From Gekko japonicus (taxonomy: Eukaryota): DNA of 64,000 nucleotides. The notes beneath the pieces were generated by a model. The model saw only the letters and a list, made by a program, of their open reading frames with translations. It was not told the origin of the DNA and did no database searches. The stretch spans positions 366,638-430,637 of the forward strand of contig NW_015172007.1 of the NCBI RefSeq assembly GCF_001447785.1, written 5' to 3'. This document shows, piece after piece, positions 1-11,948 of this stretch (the stretch's first letter is position 1; the number at the start of each line of letters is the position of its first letter). Position numbers and translations under genes: made by a program.

Positions 1-35
1 GGAGGAAAGGGGAAGAATGCTGTTAGAGTTCAGTT

Positions 36-37
<2 letters not shown>

Positions 38-89
<52 letters not shown>
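38..89. repeat. (GT)n microsatellite
   Basis: About 26 uninterrupted GT units. Confidence 0.98.
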
Positions 90-90
<1 letters not shown>

Positions 91-94
91 TGTT

Positions 95-290
95 TGGGAG
101 ACTTATATGCCACTACTCCAGTGAATTGCTCAAGACTGCTAACAGTAAGATCATAAAAACAGCAAAAACAACTATCAAGAATAAACTAGCAATGAACCCA
201 CAAAGGACAGAAGCATAATGCAGGACAACATAAAAATGGCATTAAAAGACATAAAACAGTTCAGCAGTGAGCATAAAACAGACCTCATGG
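95..290 (-). mobile_element. Degraded L2-type 3' tail fragment
   Basis: ttatatgccactact...ctcaagactgctaaca followed by an A-rich tract is the reverse of the L2/SINE tail seen elsewhere in the window (e.g. 25990-26045). Boundaries approximate. Confidence 0.4.
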
Positions 291-1230
291 TGACACTCTG
301 AACTCTTTGGGGAAAGGATAGGATACAAATGAAACAAACAAAATTCTACAGGGTCACAGAAAGCCCTGGAGGTCCTGGGTTAAAGCCCCTAAGACGTAAA
401 GTTTTATATCCCAGTTGTAAATCTGGAGACAAAGGAATATAAAGTATCTGTGGAAACAGAATTTGCTTGCTGACAGCTTTGGAAGCAAGGAGGGATAGTA
501 GGCACTCCTACCTCGAAGTAGCTATGTAAGAAAACTAGTTGCAGCTAAGAGCTTTATAAAGTTTGTGATTTCTTTATCTGCTTTGCATGTAGCTAGATAT
601 TTTGCTAGTTGAGCCCATTGCCTGAATCCCGATACGTCTTACATATAAACCTGAGTCTTTAAAAAAAGACTAAGTCATGCAGTTAGGAACACATCCATAT
701 ACAAAAGAAGAAAAAGATCAAAATAACTACAGCCGACCTGTGAGCACTTAGAACAATGCCTTCACGAACCAGATGCACTGTCATACAAATTGCCCTGCTT
801 CTCCCATTGATAGCTGGTTTCTTTTTTCTAGCCTGGAATTAATTTTCCTGATTAAAACCATTTCCAACTGCGAAAAACAATTGTTTCTATTTCTGCCTCT
901 GCTGACTTTCAAGTTGGCATCATCTCCCAGTGAAAAGCCTTTCCACTCCCTGCCTAACTAGCTAGAGATGGAAAAGAAGCTGGGGAGGGTGGAGCAAAGT
1001 TGGCAGGGCACTTATTTAACTTATTTGAATTTTCTTCCTACCCTGTCCTATCCTGAAGGCATATATTTTTGAGAATCACATGAATTTAAAAATAAGCCTA
1101 CTAAAAGAAAAGAAAAAGATGTATAAACTTTGGGTTTAAAGGAAAAAATAAAATAAAACAAGCAACAACTAACAGGAAACCTGGCAGACCTAAAACTTGA
1201 GTTGGTTGCTGTTGTGAGCAGTTTTCAAAC

Positions 1231-1873
1231 CAGTGATACTCAGTGGCCTGGGAGCCACATGTGGCTCTTTGACAGACTACCTGTGGCTCTTCCCTAATGT
1301 GGCCCCTGCTCAATGTGTCAGGAAGGTGAGCAAGGCCCTTTCCCAGTGGGGCTTGTGGTCGGCAGGTGGTCAGGGAGCCACATGTGGCTCTTTGACAGAC
1401 TACCTGTGGCTCTTCACTCATGTGGCTTCCGCTCAATGTGTCAGGAAGGTGGGCAAAGCCCTTTCCCAGTGGGGCTTGTGGTCGGCAGGTGGTCAGGGAG
1501 CCACATGTGGCTCTTTGACAGACTACCTGTGGCTCTTCACTCATGTGGCTTCCGCTCAATGTGTCAGGAAGGTGGGCAAAGCCCTTTCCCAGTGGGGCTT
1601 GTGGTCGGCAGGTGGTCAGGGAGCCACATGTGGCTCTTTGACAGACTACCTGTGGCTCTTCACTCATGTGGCTTCCGCTCAATGTGTCAGGAAGGTGGGC
1701 AAAGCCCTTTCCCAGTGGGGCTTGTGGTCGGCAGGTGGTTCCTGCCTTGAAACAGCTGCCACCAGAGGAATAGATAAGCTGCGAGCCTCATAACAGTGAT
1801 GGAAGTAAATATGGCTCTTTTTGATGACAACTGTGGATGCAGCTCTCTGTGAGCCACTGAATGACTACCACTG
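1231..1873. mobile_element. Old non-autonomous hAT-like DNA transposon carrying an internal minisatellite
   Basis: Termini CAGTG...CACTG with imperfect TIR (cagtgatactcagtggcc vs revcomp cagtggtagtcattcagtggct) and subterminal GGCTC/GAGCC motifs at both ends. No clean TSD. Confidence 0.55.
1251..1739. repeat. 123-bp minisatellite, 4 tandem copies
   Basis: Unit starts ggagccacatgtggctc at 1251, 1374, 1497 and 1620. Copies 2-4 look identical and copy 1 has a few substitutions. It produces the 41-aa repeat ORFs in the track. Confidence 0.97.
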
Positions 1874-1902
1874 TTTTACATTGTATTTTGCCATGATGCT
1901 TT

Positions 1903-2086
1903 CAGGGCTCTCTTTGTAGCAGGAACTCATTTGCATATTAGGCCACACACCCCCTAATGTAGCCAATCCTCCAAGAGCTTACAGAGCTCTTCTTACAGGG
2001 GCTTATGTAAGCTCTTGGAGGATTGGCTACATTAGGGTGTGTGTCACCTAATATGCAAAAGAGTTCCTGCTACAAAAAGAGCCCTG
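1903..2086. mobile_element. Palindromic hAT-type MITE
   Basis: CAGGGCTC...GAGCCCTG termini. The whole element is a near-perfect inverted repeat (arms ~80 bp) with an ATTTGCAT/ATGCAAAA motif in the arms. TSD not evident. Confidence 0.85.
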
Positions 2087-2254
2087 CCTGAGGAATATTC
2101 ACCACAGTCACACTGCCAGATTAAACATATTCGTGGTAAGCATTGTGGTTAAAATTGTGGCCAGAAATGTTGATAATGGACCTATTATCTGCAGATATAG
2201 TGCGCTGCCCTGGCAGCTGGTTTGGAGTGGTAGACAAGCCCTTCCACTCCTCGG

Positions 2255-2470
2255 TAGCGTTGCCAGCCTTCAGATGGCACCTGGAGATCTGGAAATACAA
2301 CTGATCTCCAGGCAACAGAGATCAGTTCCCCTGGAGCAAATGGCTGCTTTAGAAGGTGGACTCTGTGGCATTAAACTGTGCTGAGGTCCCTCGCCTCCCC
2401 GAAATCCATCCATCCAAGGCTCCACCCTCCAAAGCTCCAGGAACTTACCACCCCAGAGCTGGCAACCCTA
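2255..2470 (-). mobile_element. hAT (Blackjack-like) MITE, abundant older family
   Basis: TAGCGTTGCCA...TGGCAACCCTA termini, degenerate 8-bp TSD ctcctcgg/cttctcaa. Homologous to copies at 37681, 53388 and 60227. Confidence 0.8.
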
Positions 2471-3036
2471 CTTCTCAAGGTGGTGTGCTAGGATGGGCAT
2501 AGATTCCCCCACAATTATTTCTGATACTTGCTGGTATTAACTTGGGCCACTGGAAGTCACCCTAGCCCTAAAGAAAGATTAGTGCTAGGCCTTTTTCATG
2601 CCAGGTAGGCCCAACCAAATATCCTGTGACAATAATCACGTGACTTACTTGGCTCCCAGGGTAAGCCTGGACTCCAGAATTTGTACCTCTTGTCTCCCCC
2701 CACTCTCCCATAGCAGCCTCATTGGCCTTTTCATCTCTCCTGAATACCTCTCTCTCTCCCCCTTTCAGGCTTTAGGAGGGCAGAGGTGTGAGCACACTGG
2801 CATGAATGGGAAGGAAGGAGAAAGAGAGAGAGAATCTATTTTTTTAAAGAGAAGAGGAAGATGTCTTAGTCTTTCTAGACAGTGGGCCATAATGGACCTC
2901 CTTCAGGGAGCTGGCACTGGCCTTGATGGGCTTCCAATTGCTTATGAAATTGAACAAAAGAAATAACAACTTTCTGAAATTACAATTCTGCATTCCAATT
3001 CTGACTTTTTAATTTCAATTTTTCTCAATTTCATAG

Positions 3037-3144
3037 CTGGCTTCTATGGTCTGGACACTCTGACGGTTGTGGGCATTGCCTTTGCAGCCTTTGTGATTGG
3101 CGCACTGCTGACAGGAGCATTATGGTTCATCTATTCTCACACAG
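3037..3144 (+). CDS. TGFBR3: TGF-beta receptor type III (betaglycan), penultimate coding exon, transmembrane domain
   Basis: Polypyrimidine tract with AG at 3035-3036 and donor G|gtgagt at 3144/3145. The 108-bp phase 1-1 exon translates [35 protein letters not shown](G), matching the betaglycan TM segment as I recall it (human [34 protein letters not shown]). Not in the ORF track because it is too short. Confidence 0.97.
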
Positions 3145-3330
3145 GTGAGTGTGGTCACTTTTTGCCAGCTGGCACAGCACTTGCATAGTTCTGGTATCTG
3201 AAGAATCCAAAACCCACTCATGGATTACCATAACCTGTTATCATAACCTACACTACGAATGCGCAGAAGCAATTTTCTTTAACAGTAGTAGAAATTGACT
3301 CCCCAAAAAGTTTATGTAGGATCATAACTA

Positions 3331-3595
3331 GAGGACGAAGAAGAGGAAGAGATTGGATTTATACCCTGCCCTTCACTCAGAGTCTCAGAGCAGCTTACAA
3401 ACTCTGTTCCCTTCCCCTTCCCAGAACAGACAGGGCTGAGAGAGCTCTTTCCAGAACTGTCCTTGAGAGAACAGCTCTGACAGAACTATGGCTTGCACAA
3501 GGCCATCCAGCAGCTGCAAGTGGAGGAGTGAGGAATCAAACCCAGTTCTCCCAGATTAGAGCCTGTGCACTTAACCACTACACCAAACTGGCTCT
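3331..3595 (-). mobile_element. tRNA-derived SINE (Squam3-like)
   Basis: Minus strand starts AGAGCCAGTTTGGTGTAGTGGTTAAG (box A), then GGTTTGATTCC (box B) and a (TTC)n-like tail. Confidence 0.8.
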
Positions 3596-4435
3596 AAATA
3601 AGTGCCTAAATGAGTTCTACTTCCCCTCACAATGCAGTTAGAGCGAATTCATGGCTACAAGAGGCCAAAAAAATTGTGTGTATTTTATTAATGAAATAGA
3701 GTTAGGAACAAGTGTCAACTGGTAAGTAGGGTTGTCATTAAAATTCAGCCACCTTGTAAACTATTCTTTAGACAGACAAGATATAAATACAGAGAAACAA
3801 AGTTGGTACATTCATGTTCTGTCATTATACATTCTCTGAAATTCCAAGGCTGCATTCAGACATGACGACAAACTGCAATCAGACATGAACATAACTTGTT
3901 GATGTCCTTATGCATATCCCTTGCTTCACATGTAAAGCTTGATTTTTAAAAAGAAAACTTCTTGGTGGTTATCAAATCTAGTTCGCTGTGCTGCCCAACT
4001 GTTGTGAGCTACTCCATGTGTTTCCCAAATCCACTCTAGTTTGGTCTCAAGATGCAATCAAGTTTGGAAAAGTCTGGGGACAGTTGCCTTAAAATCTGTA
4101 GCTCTTAAAGCAACAGGTAAATCTTTTACAGACAGGCAGAGTGGGAGGTCTTTCCTGAGCATTCATCATGATTGGATCAGGAGAGGCAATGTGGAAAGTC
4201 CCTTCTCCTTCATCACAGTGGATTGGACTGTGGTGTTCTAATTGACTTGTCCTAATGACCACTAATTCACTATTGAGCTTCGGAGGCCTTTCCTGTCACA
4301 GGATAGGCATACATGATTCTGAACCTTCTTGTCCCATTTCCCTGGGCACTACACAATATGGAACAGCCCCAACTGAGAAGCCTTGAATCAAATGCCAGTT
4401 TACCATGAATTTGGAATGCAGCCACCTGAGCAAAG

Positions 4436-5825
4436 AGAACATAAGAGAAGACAATGTTGGATCAGTCCAACACTCTGTCACACAGTGGCCAAAAATACCA
4501 GGTGCCATCAGGAGGTCCACCAGTGGGGCCAGGACATTAGAAGCCCTCCAACTGTTGACACCCCCCCCCCAAGCACCAAGAATACAGAGCATCACTTGCC
4601 CCAGACTGAGAGTTCCTATCTATTCCTTGTGGCGGACCTCTGCTCCATATGTTTATCTAATTCCCTCTCGAAGCTGTCCATGCTTGTAGCCGCTGCCATC
4701 TTTTGTGGCAGTGAATTCCATGTGTTAATCACTCTTTGGGTGAAGAAGTACTTCCTTTTATCTGTTCTAACCTTACTGCTCGGCAATTTCATTGAGTGCC
4801 CACGAGTTCTTGTATTGTGAGAAAGGGAGAAAAGTACTTCTTTCTCTACCTGCTCTTTCCCATGCATAATCTTATAAACCTCGATCATGTCACCCCTCAG
4901 CTGTCATTTCTCCAAGCTAAAGAGCCCCAAGCGCTTTAACCTTTCTTCATAGGGAAAGTGTTCCAACCCTTTTATCATTCTAGTTGTCCTTTTCTGCACT
5001 TTTTCCAGTGCTATAATATCCTTTTTGAGGTGTGGTGACCAGAACCATACACAGTATTCCAAATGAGGTTGCACCATCGATTTATACAGGGGCATTATGA
5101 TATTGGCTGATTTGTTTTCAATTCCCTTCCTAATAATCCCCAGCATAGCATTGGCCTTTTTTATTGCAGTCGCACACTGTGTCAACATTTTCAGTGAGTT
5201 ATGCTACGACTCCAAGATCTCTCTCTTGGTCAGTCTCTGCCAGTTCAGACCCCATCAACGCGTATTTATAGTTAGGATTTTTGGCTCCAATGTGCATCAC
5301 TTTGCACTTGGCCACATTGAACCCCTTTTGCCACGTTGACACCCACTTGCCCATCCTCGACAGATCCCTTTGGAGTGCCTCACAATCCTCCCTGGTTCTC
5401 ACCACCGTGTACAACTTCGTATCATCCGCAAATTTAGCCACTTCACTGCTTACTCCCATCTCCAAATCATTAATGAACAAGTTAAAAAGCATTGGACCAA
5501 GTACTGATCCCTGCGGTACCCCACTGCTTACCACCTTCCACTGAGAAAATTGCCCATTTATACTCATTCTCTGTTTCCCATTAATTAGCCAGTTTTAGAT
5601 CCACAAAAGGACTTGTCCTTTTATCCCGTGACTATTGAGTTTACTTAGGAGCCTTTGAAGAGGAACTTTATCAAAAGCTTTCTGGAAGTCAAGGTAAACA
5701 ACATCTATTGGGTCCCCCTTGTCCACTTGTTTGTTCACTCCCTCAAAGAACATTAACAGGTTAGTGAGACAAGATCTTCCCTTACAGAACCCATGCTGAG
5801 TTTGCCTCAATAGTTTTTGTTCATG
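4436..5825 (-). mobile_element. 5'-truncated CR1 LINE (RT C-terminal half and 3'UTR), frameshifted, in the TGFBR3 last intron
   Basis: ORF pieces QHGFCKGRSCLTNL, GVPQGSVLGP, KFADDTKL and HLEYCVWFWSPHLKKD. One AACATAAG tail unit at ~4438. Closely similar to the copy at 54078-56625. Confidence 0.97.
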
Positions 5826-7166
5826 CAAGGCATATTTCCTTCCTGCAAGGCAGGATTATAAACTGGGATTGAACCGAGGTTTGAGTTCTTGACTTGTAGG
5901 GAAGAAACTAGCTTCATTTTCCTCAGACAGCTGCATTCAGATTTCATGGCAAATTGGAGTTTGATTCAGGTCTTCTCAAATATGGGAGCCTTTAATCATG
6001 CTCCGTGTTCTGTGGGTGGGGAGAGTAAAGGACATGCACGAGCACAGTCGCAAGGTGTGTTCATCCCCATCATGCTGGGGATGTGATGTCTGAGTACAGT
6101 CAGGTGTTGCAAAAATCTCATCATTATGGTAACAGGAAGGAAAGATGTATATTCAGTTCAGTTCAGTTGACCTTTATTGGCATAAAATACCTTAAAAAGG
6201 ATTACTATAAATAAAGATGTATATTGCAAGGAGCTCAGGGAAGTGCATTGCATTTCTGTGTACAATTGATACACTGAATGCCCATCCAAATCCATGACAC
6301 TGGGCAGAGAATGGGTTTGCCTTCATGGGCAGGGCTGCTTTAGGAATGAACTATTCAGTTACATGGGAAGTTAGTATAGGGCATCATTAGGATGGGGCTA
6401 AACCTGCCTGCTGTCCCTGGGGATCTTGGCCATTAAGCATCACAGGTCTTCATGCCCTGCCTGACCCTGGGTTCTGTTTCTTTGTCACGCTAGGGCATGA
6501 CGGGATGTTGGAAACTAGCCTTTACACAGAGAGGGTTTTTAAAATTTGTATTCTAGGTATTCTTTCTTTAGTTAATGCATCGTTTGTACATTTTATGAAA
6601 TCGTGTCTCTGTTTTAGAAGAAGTCAGAGCTTTACTCATACTACTCAGGAACTAAGTAAAGGAAATTCTTTTTTTTGTGTGTGTGTGTGTGTACATGAAT
6701 AGATCGTGCAAGTGTAAATGGCCAAGAACACCTTTATAAGTTATTAGTCCCAAAGTCAAAGCAAGCAGTTTAAAACCCACGCATAGCACACACATATGTC
6801 ATCTGACCCTGTTAAGAAAGTCTGAAGATTTTGTTCCCGTCTTTGCGCCATGCTTCCCCCCACCTTCCCCCAAAAAACAACTCTGGAAGTACACAGGACT
6901 TTGTTTAATGGGAGCTGATTGAAATATACTGACAAAGCAACAAATTATATTTGGCAAATGGGGACAGCAAAGCAAATAGTCAGACTTCCTGGACAGGGAG
7001 CAGCACTGGCAGTTTTCCTAAGTGTGAATAATAAAGTACATGTTGTTGCACTCAGATGGGTTAAAGCTTGTTTATAGCCTATGGATGGGACATAGTCATT
7101 TTGTAAAATTGCCATACTAGTCTGAGACACAGGAAGAGTGTTGTTGAGCTGGGAGATCACTGGTGG

Positions 7167-7300
7167 GAGCCAGTGTGGTGTAATGGTCACAATGCCAGGC
7201 CGGGACTGCAGAGGCTAGGACTGTTCAGATCCCCAGTTTTCCAATCAGTCGCTCTCTTACACCCTCACCTACCTCACAGGGTTGTTTTGAAGAGAAAAGA
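7167..7300 (+). mobile_element. Squam3-like SINE, partial
   Basis: GAGCCAGTGTGGTGTAATGGT head and ctacctcacagggttgtt core. Confidence 0.65.
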
Positions 7301-7361
7301 GAGGAGGGGAGGAGGAGTTTTAAGGGAGGAGTTGTGGGTGAGTGATAGGCAGGGGTGGTCT

Positions 7362-8134
7362 TAGTGATTCTGAAGCCCTGGGGGAAAATCCAGGATAGGC
7401 CCCCGGAATCACTGCCACCACCCTTAGCCCTCACCAGCCCCCTGCCACAACTACCCCTTGCCATCAGGGTCCAAGCAAGGAGTAACCCTCGCCTCATGTG
7501 GCACAGGTGGGAGCCACTGCTGCCACCAAAATCCAGCTGTCCCCCCCCCACATTAGGGTATGAGGTTGTGGGCAATCTCCACCCCAGCATGGGCCCTGGG
7601 GCAGCTGCCTAGTGACTTCAGGAAAGTCTGTAGTAGAGGTAGCTATCAGGTCCCCTCTGGACCTTGTGATTGGTTAGCAGGGGATTTTGGGGGGGAAATT
7701 TATACCAGTAGAGTAGTAGAAGGAGGTGCCTGTGAAGAAGGGATAAAAGGCCTCACCCAAAGTGGTAGGTGGTGCACTCCTAGAGAACAGAGCTGAGGAG
7801 AGGCTGCTGCAAATGGAGGGATCCCTCATTCAGAAGAGGTGAGTCAGCTTGAAACCAGTCACCCAGAGAAAACTAGTAACTGTCTTAGACGCCTTAGGGA
7901 TATTTTGTTTGTGTACCTTCTTTTACTGTTCTCTTTATCAGACATAGTACTTGAATTACGATCGTTATTATTATTTGTTACTCTGCCTCACACCTCATTC
8001 GGTCACTTGTAGGGTGGAACCTGTTGGAAAAGGAGGGGATAAAGGGGTTGGATGAGTGCTCTGAGCCCTCCTAAGGAGACCCATAGCAGAGTGGTGGCAG
8101 CCATTAGAGAGCTTTTCTAGCTGCTGCCCGCGAC
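7362..8134 (+). mobile_element. Probable solo LTR (Gypsy/ERV-like)
   Basis: ~770-bp GC-richer block with ATTGG (7668), a TATA-like GATAAAAG (7742) and a T-rich U5-like tract, ending ...cgcgaCA. 5' boundary and TSD uncertain. Confidence 0.45.
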
Positions 8135-8142
8135 ACTCCCCT

Positions 8143-8316
8143 TGGTGACAGAGCATCTGCTTGGCATGTTGAAATTCCCAGGTTCTTTCCCTGGTAAGTC
8201 CAGTTAAAAGAATCAGGTAGTAGGTGACAGGAAGGACCTCTATCTGCGACCCTGGAGAGCTGCTATCTATCAGAATAGACAATACTGATACAGCATAAGG
8301 TAGCTTCATGTGTTTG
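8143..8316 (+). mobile_element. tRNA-derived SINE with CR1-like tail (Squam2-like)
   Basis: agagcatctgcttggcatg head, ccagttaaaagaatcaggtagtaggtga body and taaggtagcttcatgtg tail. Homologs at 24015 and 48438. Confidence 0.65.
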
Positions 8317-9249
8317 CATGTATGCTTCTTGGAGAAGAGATGAAATACACATGTGATATAGATGGACAAATTGAAATTGCAGCTCTGCCACACCTTTGTT
8401 GGGTTGCCTTGGGCAAGTTACCCTCTTTAAGGTTGAGCTTCTCATCTCTACAGTTGATGCTGACGTGAACAAGATCTGTTGCCTACCACCAGCCTGAGGG
8501 ACAGAAAAGGCTAGAAGTCACAATTATGTAGTGTTGAGACACCCAGAGGATGCCATTTTCCCTAAAGTCAAAATGGTATTTAACTATCCAGAGGTAGAGC
8601 AAAATGTATCCAAAGCATATTTGTTATGCTGTGTGTCTGAAGCATTCCAAGGTGTAATTAATAGTCATTCCAAATGGAAGAGTCTGGAGGTGCAGGAAAC
8701 ACAATCCATGCAGGGATCGTGATGAGAACTGTGCTGATCACGGGAGTAAGAGGGATCACTACAGGATGGCCTTACAAAAGGGAAAGGTAAACAGGAAGGA
8801 CTGGCCAATTAGGGCTAAGGGAAGAGTCCCAGTGGGCCAACGGCCCAGGGGACCTCCCCCTCACATGGGGGCCATAAACAGGGCCACCCCAGCCCAAAGA
8901 GGGGCAGGAGAAAGCTGGAGATGTGGGGAGGCAGGGCTTGCAGCAGCACAGGATGTGATGCACCTGTCGGGACTGGCCTCTCTGCAGTGAGGGACAGCCC
9001 CCCCCAGCCTCACCCTGCCCTGCAGCCCAGCTTGGCCAGGCATCTTCTGCTTAGGGATGACCAGGCAAGTGCTCCCTCACTCCTTTTGGGGAGGGCTGGG
9101 GGCTAGAGGAGGGGCCAAGCTGGGTTTGGGGTGGGCTCCTTTCCAGGGCCATTTCTCCCCCCCTATCTGCCCCTGACCAAAAGAGTCATAACAAGCGACT
9201 CTCTCCTCCTGAGAAGCTTCAGCAACATTGACAAGAGATGCTGTCATAA

Positions 9250-9473
9250 AGAAGAAGAGCTGGATTTATACCCCGCCCTTCACTTGGAGTCTGAGAGCGG
9301 CTTACGATCCTATTCCCTTCCTCTCCCCTGTGAGGTAGATGGGGTTGAGAGAGCACCGAGAGAACTGTGACTGACCCAAGGTTACTCAGCTGGCTGCATG
9401 TGCAGGAGTGGGGAATCAAACCCAGTCCTCCAGATTAGAGTCCACCATTCTTAACCACTACACCAAACTGGCT
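9250..9473 (-). mobile_element. Squam3-like SINE
   Basis: Same sequence family as 3331-3595 (ttaaccactacaccaaactggc, ggaatcaaacccag, ggatttataccccgccc). Confidence 0.8.
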
Positions 9474-11948
9474 TCAAGCTGTGAGGGCTTACAATATAAC
9501 AAAATTGTAAACTTTCCCTTGAGAGAGAGCCTTCCCCCAGATGCCTCATTTTCCTAGGTACAGCAATAAGGAAATGGCGCTCTCACTGCAGTCTTAGAAC
9601 CACTGTGACTTCAGCGGCCAGGCAGAGAAATCAGATCTCTCCTGTTCGCACAGTTTCCAGTGTCAAGCTCTGAATGGCAAGTGTGGGCTATGAGAGGAGG
9701 CAAGTTGCTATGGGAAAGAGAGGCCGAGCTATCTGGGACCAAGGAAAGGAAATGAGGGCTGTCTCCCCGCTGCCCCACTGGCCACAGTTCCATACTGGTT
9801 CCCAGCATTTGCTGGGCAACTTGCTCATCCACCTATATTTCCCACCCCCTTGAAGTACTTCTAATGGAAGCTGAGTGAGTGCTTATTGGAGGACATAGCA
9901 AATACTGCTTGTTCCACTCAAACAGAAAGCAGCCAACATTTTTTTCTTGGAGGAGGAGGAGAGTGCAGGAGAAAAAATTAAACTCCAGCAGAGTTCTGTG
10001 CCACTGAGACAAAGGGGCATAACCCTGTACTTGAAAGGAAAAAAATGCATCTGTGGAAAGTTGTCCAGAAAGAGAGGAAGGGGGAGAAGGGAAAAAACAA
10101 ACACCCAAGACAGCATGTTTTTGGCATTAGAACTGTGACAGCTGTGTGTGCCGTTTTCCCTAAAGACAAAAAGGTATTCATCTATACAAAGTTAGATCAA
10201 AATGTATACAGATCATAGTTGATATGCTGAGGTTGCTGAGCGGCTCCGAGTAAAAGCGTGGTTTATAAAATGGGTGACAGCATAGCTGTAATAAGACCCA
10301 GCAGCAGGGAATATGGGCCAGTTCTACATTTTGCAGATCTGCTTTCCTGGAAGAGGGTTTGAGAGGCCCTATTAGGGGAATGGAAGCAACTGCAGTTTCT
10401 GCGTTAATATGGCCCTCTCCTCCCCCCACACATACCCGTGAATGTTCCCAGTGGGGGCAGGCTGCTTATATCAACTTCATAAAGATGGTTTTAGAAGGAC
10501 AGGAAAGGAGATTTGTGTACAAATAACTTTGGGACAAAAGAAGAAACCAGATAACATTAGTGATGCATTTGCAATGAATCCTTTTTTAATAGTGACTTAA
10601 ACCATTTAGTTCTGTTTCAGGTTATTTCTACTTTGTAAAATATCACAGCACATTTTGCTGAAAAATGATTGTGACAGATTCTGATCTGTGCTATAGAAAA
10701 CGTGAAAGTGTTTATACAACTATAAAGAATAATACAAGTTACAGTTTTAAAGAGAATATACATATTTAACAATATTGAAATGTTTCTTGGTAATCTGTGT
10801 TCTTCCTAAAATCTAAGTAGTCTGTTTCCTAGTTCCACAACAGGTGATCCATAGGCAACCTTTGGTCCACCAACACTCTCCAGGTGAACTGATGAGTTTC
10901 TGCCCCTCCCCCTCCCTCCTCAGTGCTCTGCTGTAATTGCTCTGCATTCTCTTCTGCCCCCAGAAGCCCTTGTGTCAGTCCTTAATGTCTTGTGTAAGTC
11001 AATATGTAAGGAGTGCCATTGTGTAATACGCATTTATACCATAGTTGCCACTGATGTATTCCAGGGTTTCTTCCGCATGACTCTTACCCAAAGCAGGGAA
11101 CCTATTCTGGCTTTCCTCCACCTTGCTGGAGTAAAGACTTCAGGATGCATGCATCACCTTTTGGGCCTGCATATAGCATCCATTCAAAAATAGCTGCCCC
11201 CCTCCCCAATAGGAGGATTCTTGCTTGGAATCTTCCAACATTTTGTGATTGTCTCCATGGTATCCATTTTGGAACTGATCACCTGTGGTGGTGCCCCACT
11301 ACCTTTCTAAAAATTCCCAAAGTGTCCACAGGCTCAATAAAGTTGGGTATCCAAGTGTAATACATAAAACAGTGTGTTGAACTTGAGCTGATGAGACCCG
11401 AGTTCAAATGTTCACTCAGGCTGACCTTACGGCAGCCAGTTTCTCCCATCATTAACCTCCCTTGCAGGGTGGTTGTGAAGATAAAATGGGATAACCCTCA
11501 TTGAGCTCTTTAGAACAATAGCAAAATACGGATGTGATATAAGTAAGAATATTTCTCCAAAAGTTTGAATAATACCCTAATTCATTCATCTCCAGCTTCG
11601 ATGATGCCTCCCCTAGATATGAAGTCTACTGCAGATGGCCTCATCCTTGGCAGCTACCATCTATAAAACACAAAAGCATGCAAACTATTTGCCTCCCATC
11701 ACAGTAGTATGATTTCAGTCCCTTGAAAGACAGCTGTAAGCAACAGTCCCTGTCCTCAGCTGAGATTGCACCCAGTAGCCTTGCAAAGCACCTAGCAAAA
11801 CGAGATGTGGGTTTCCACATAAATGCTGTCCAGAGGAGTGAAAATGTCTTTGTGAAGTCACTGTGACCATGTATGGTGACAAGAAGATTATGGGAACAGT
11901 AAGAGATTACAAGTAAAAATTCCTCTGTTTCGTCCTCCTTTTCCCCAG

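Noticed and set aside
352-395. AG..GT-bounded segment as a possible short upstream TGFBR3 exon
   Set aside because: It is 44 bp (frame-breaking), has no polypyrimidine tract and shows no recognisable betaglycan sequence. The preceding exon is probably outside the window.
1101-1793. Three overlapping 145-193 aa ORFs with 41-aa repeats, superficially a repeat protein or CRISPR-like array
   Set aside because: By-product of a 123-bp tandem unit divisible by 3. There are no unique spacers and the context is a eukaryotic intron.
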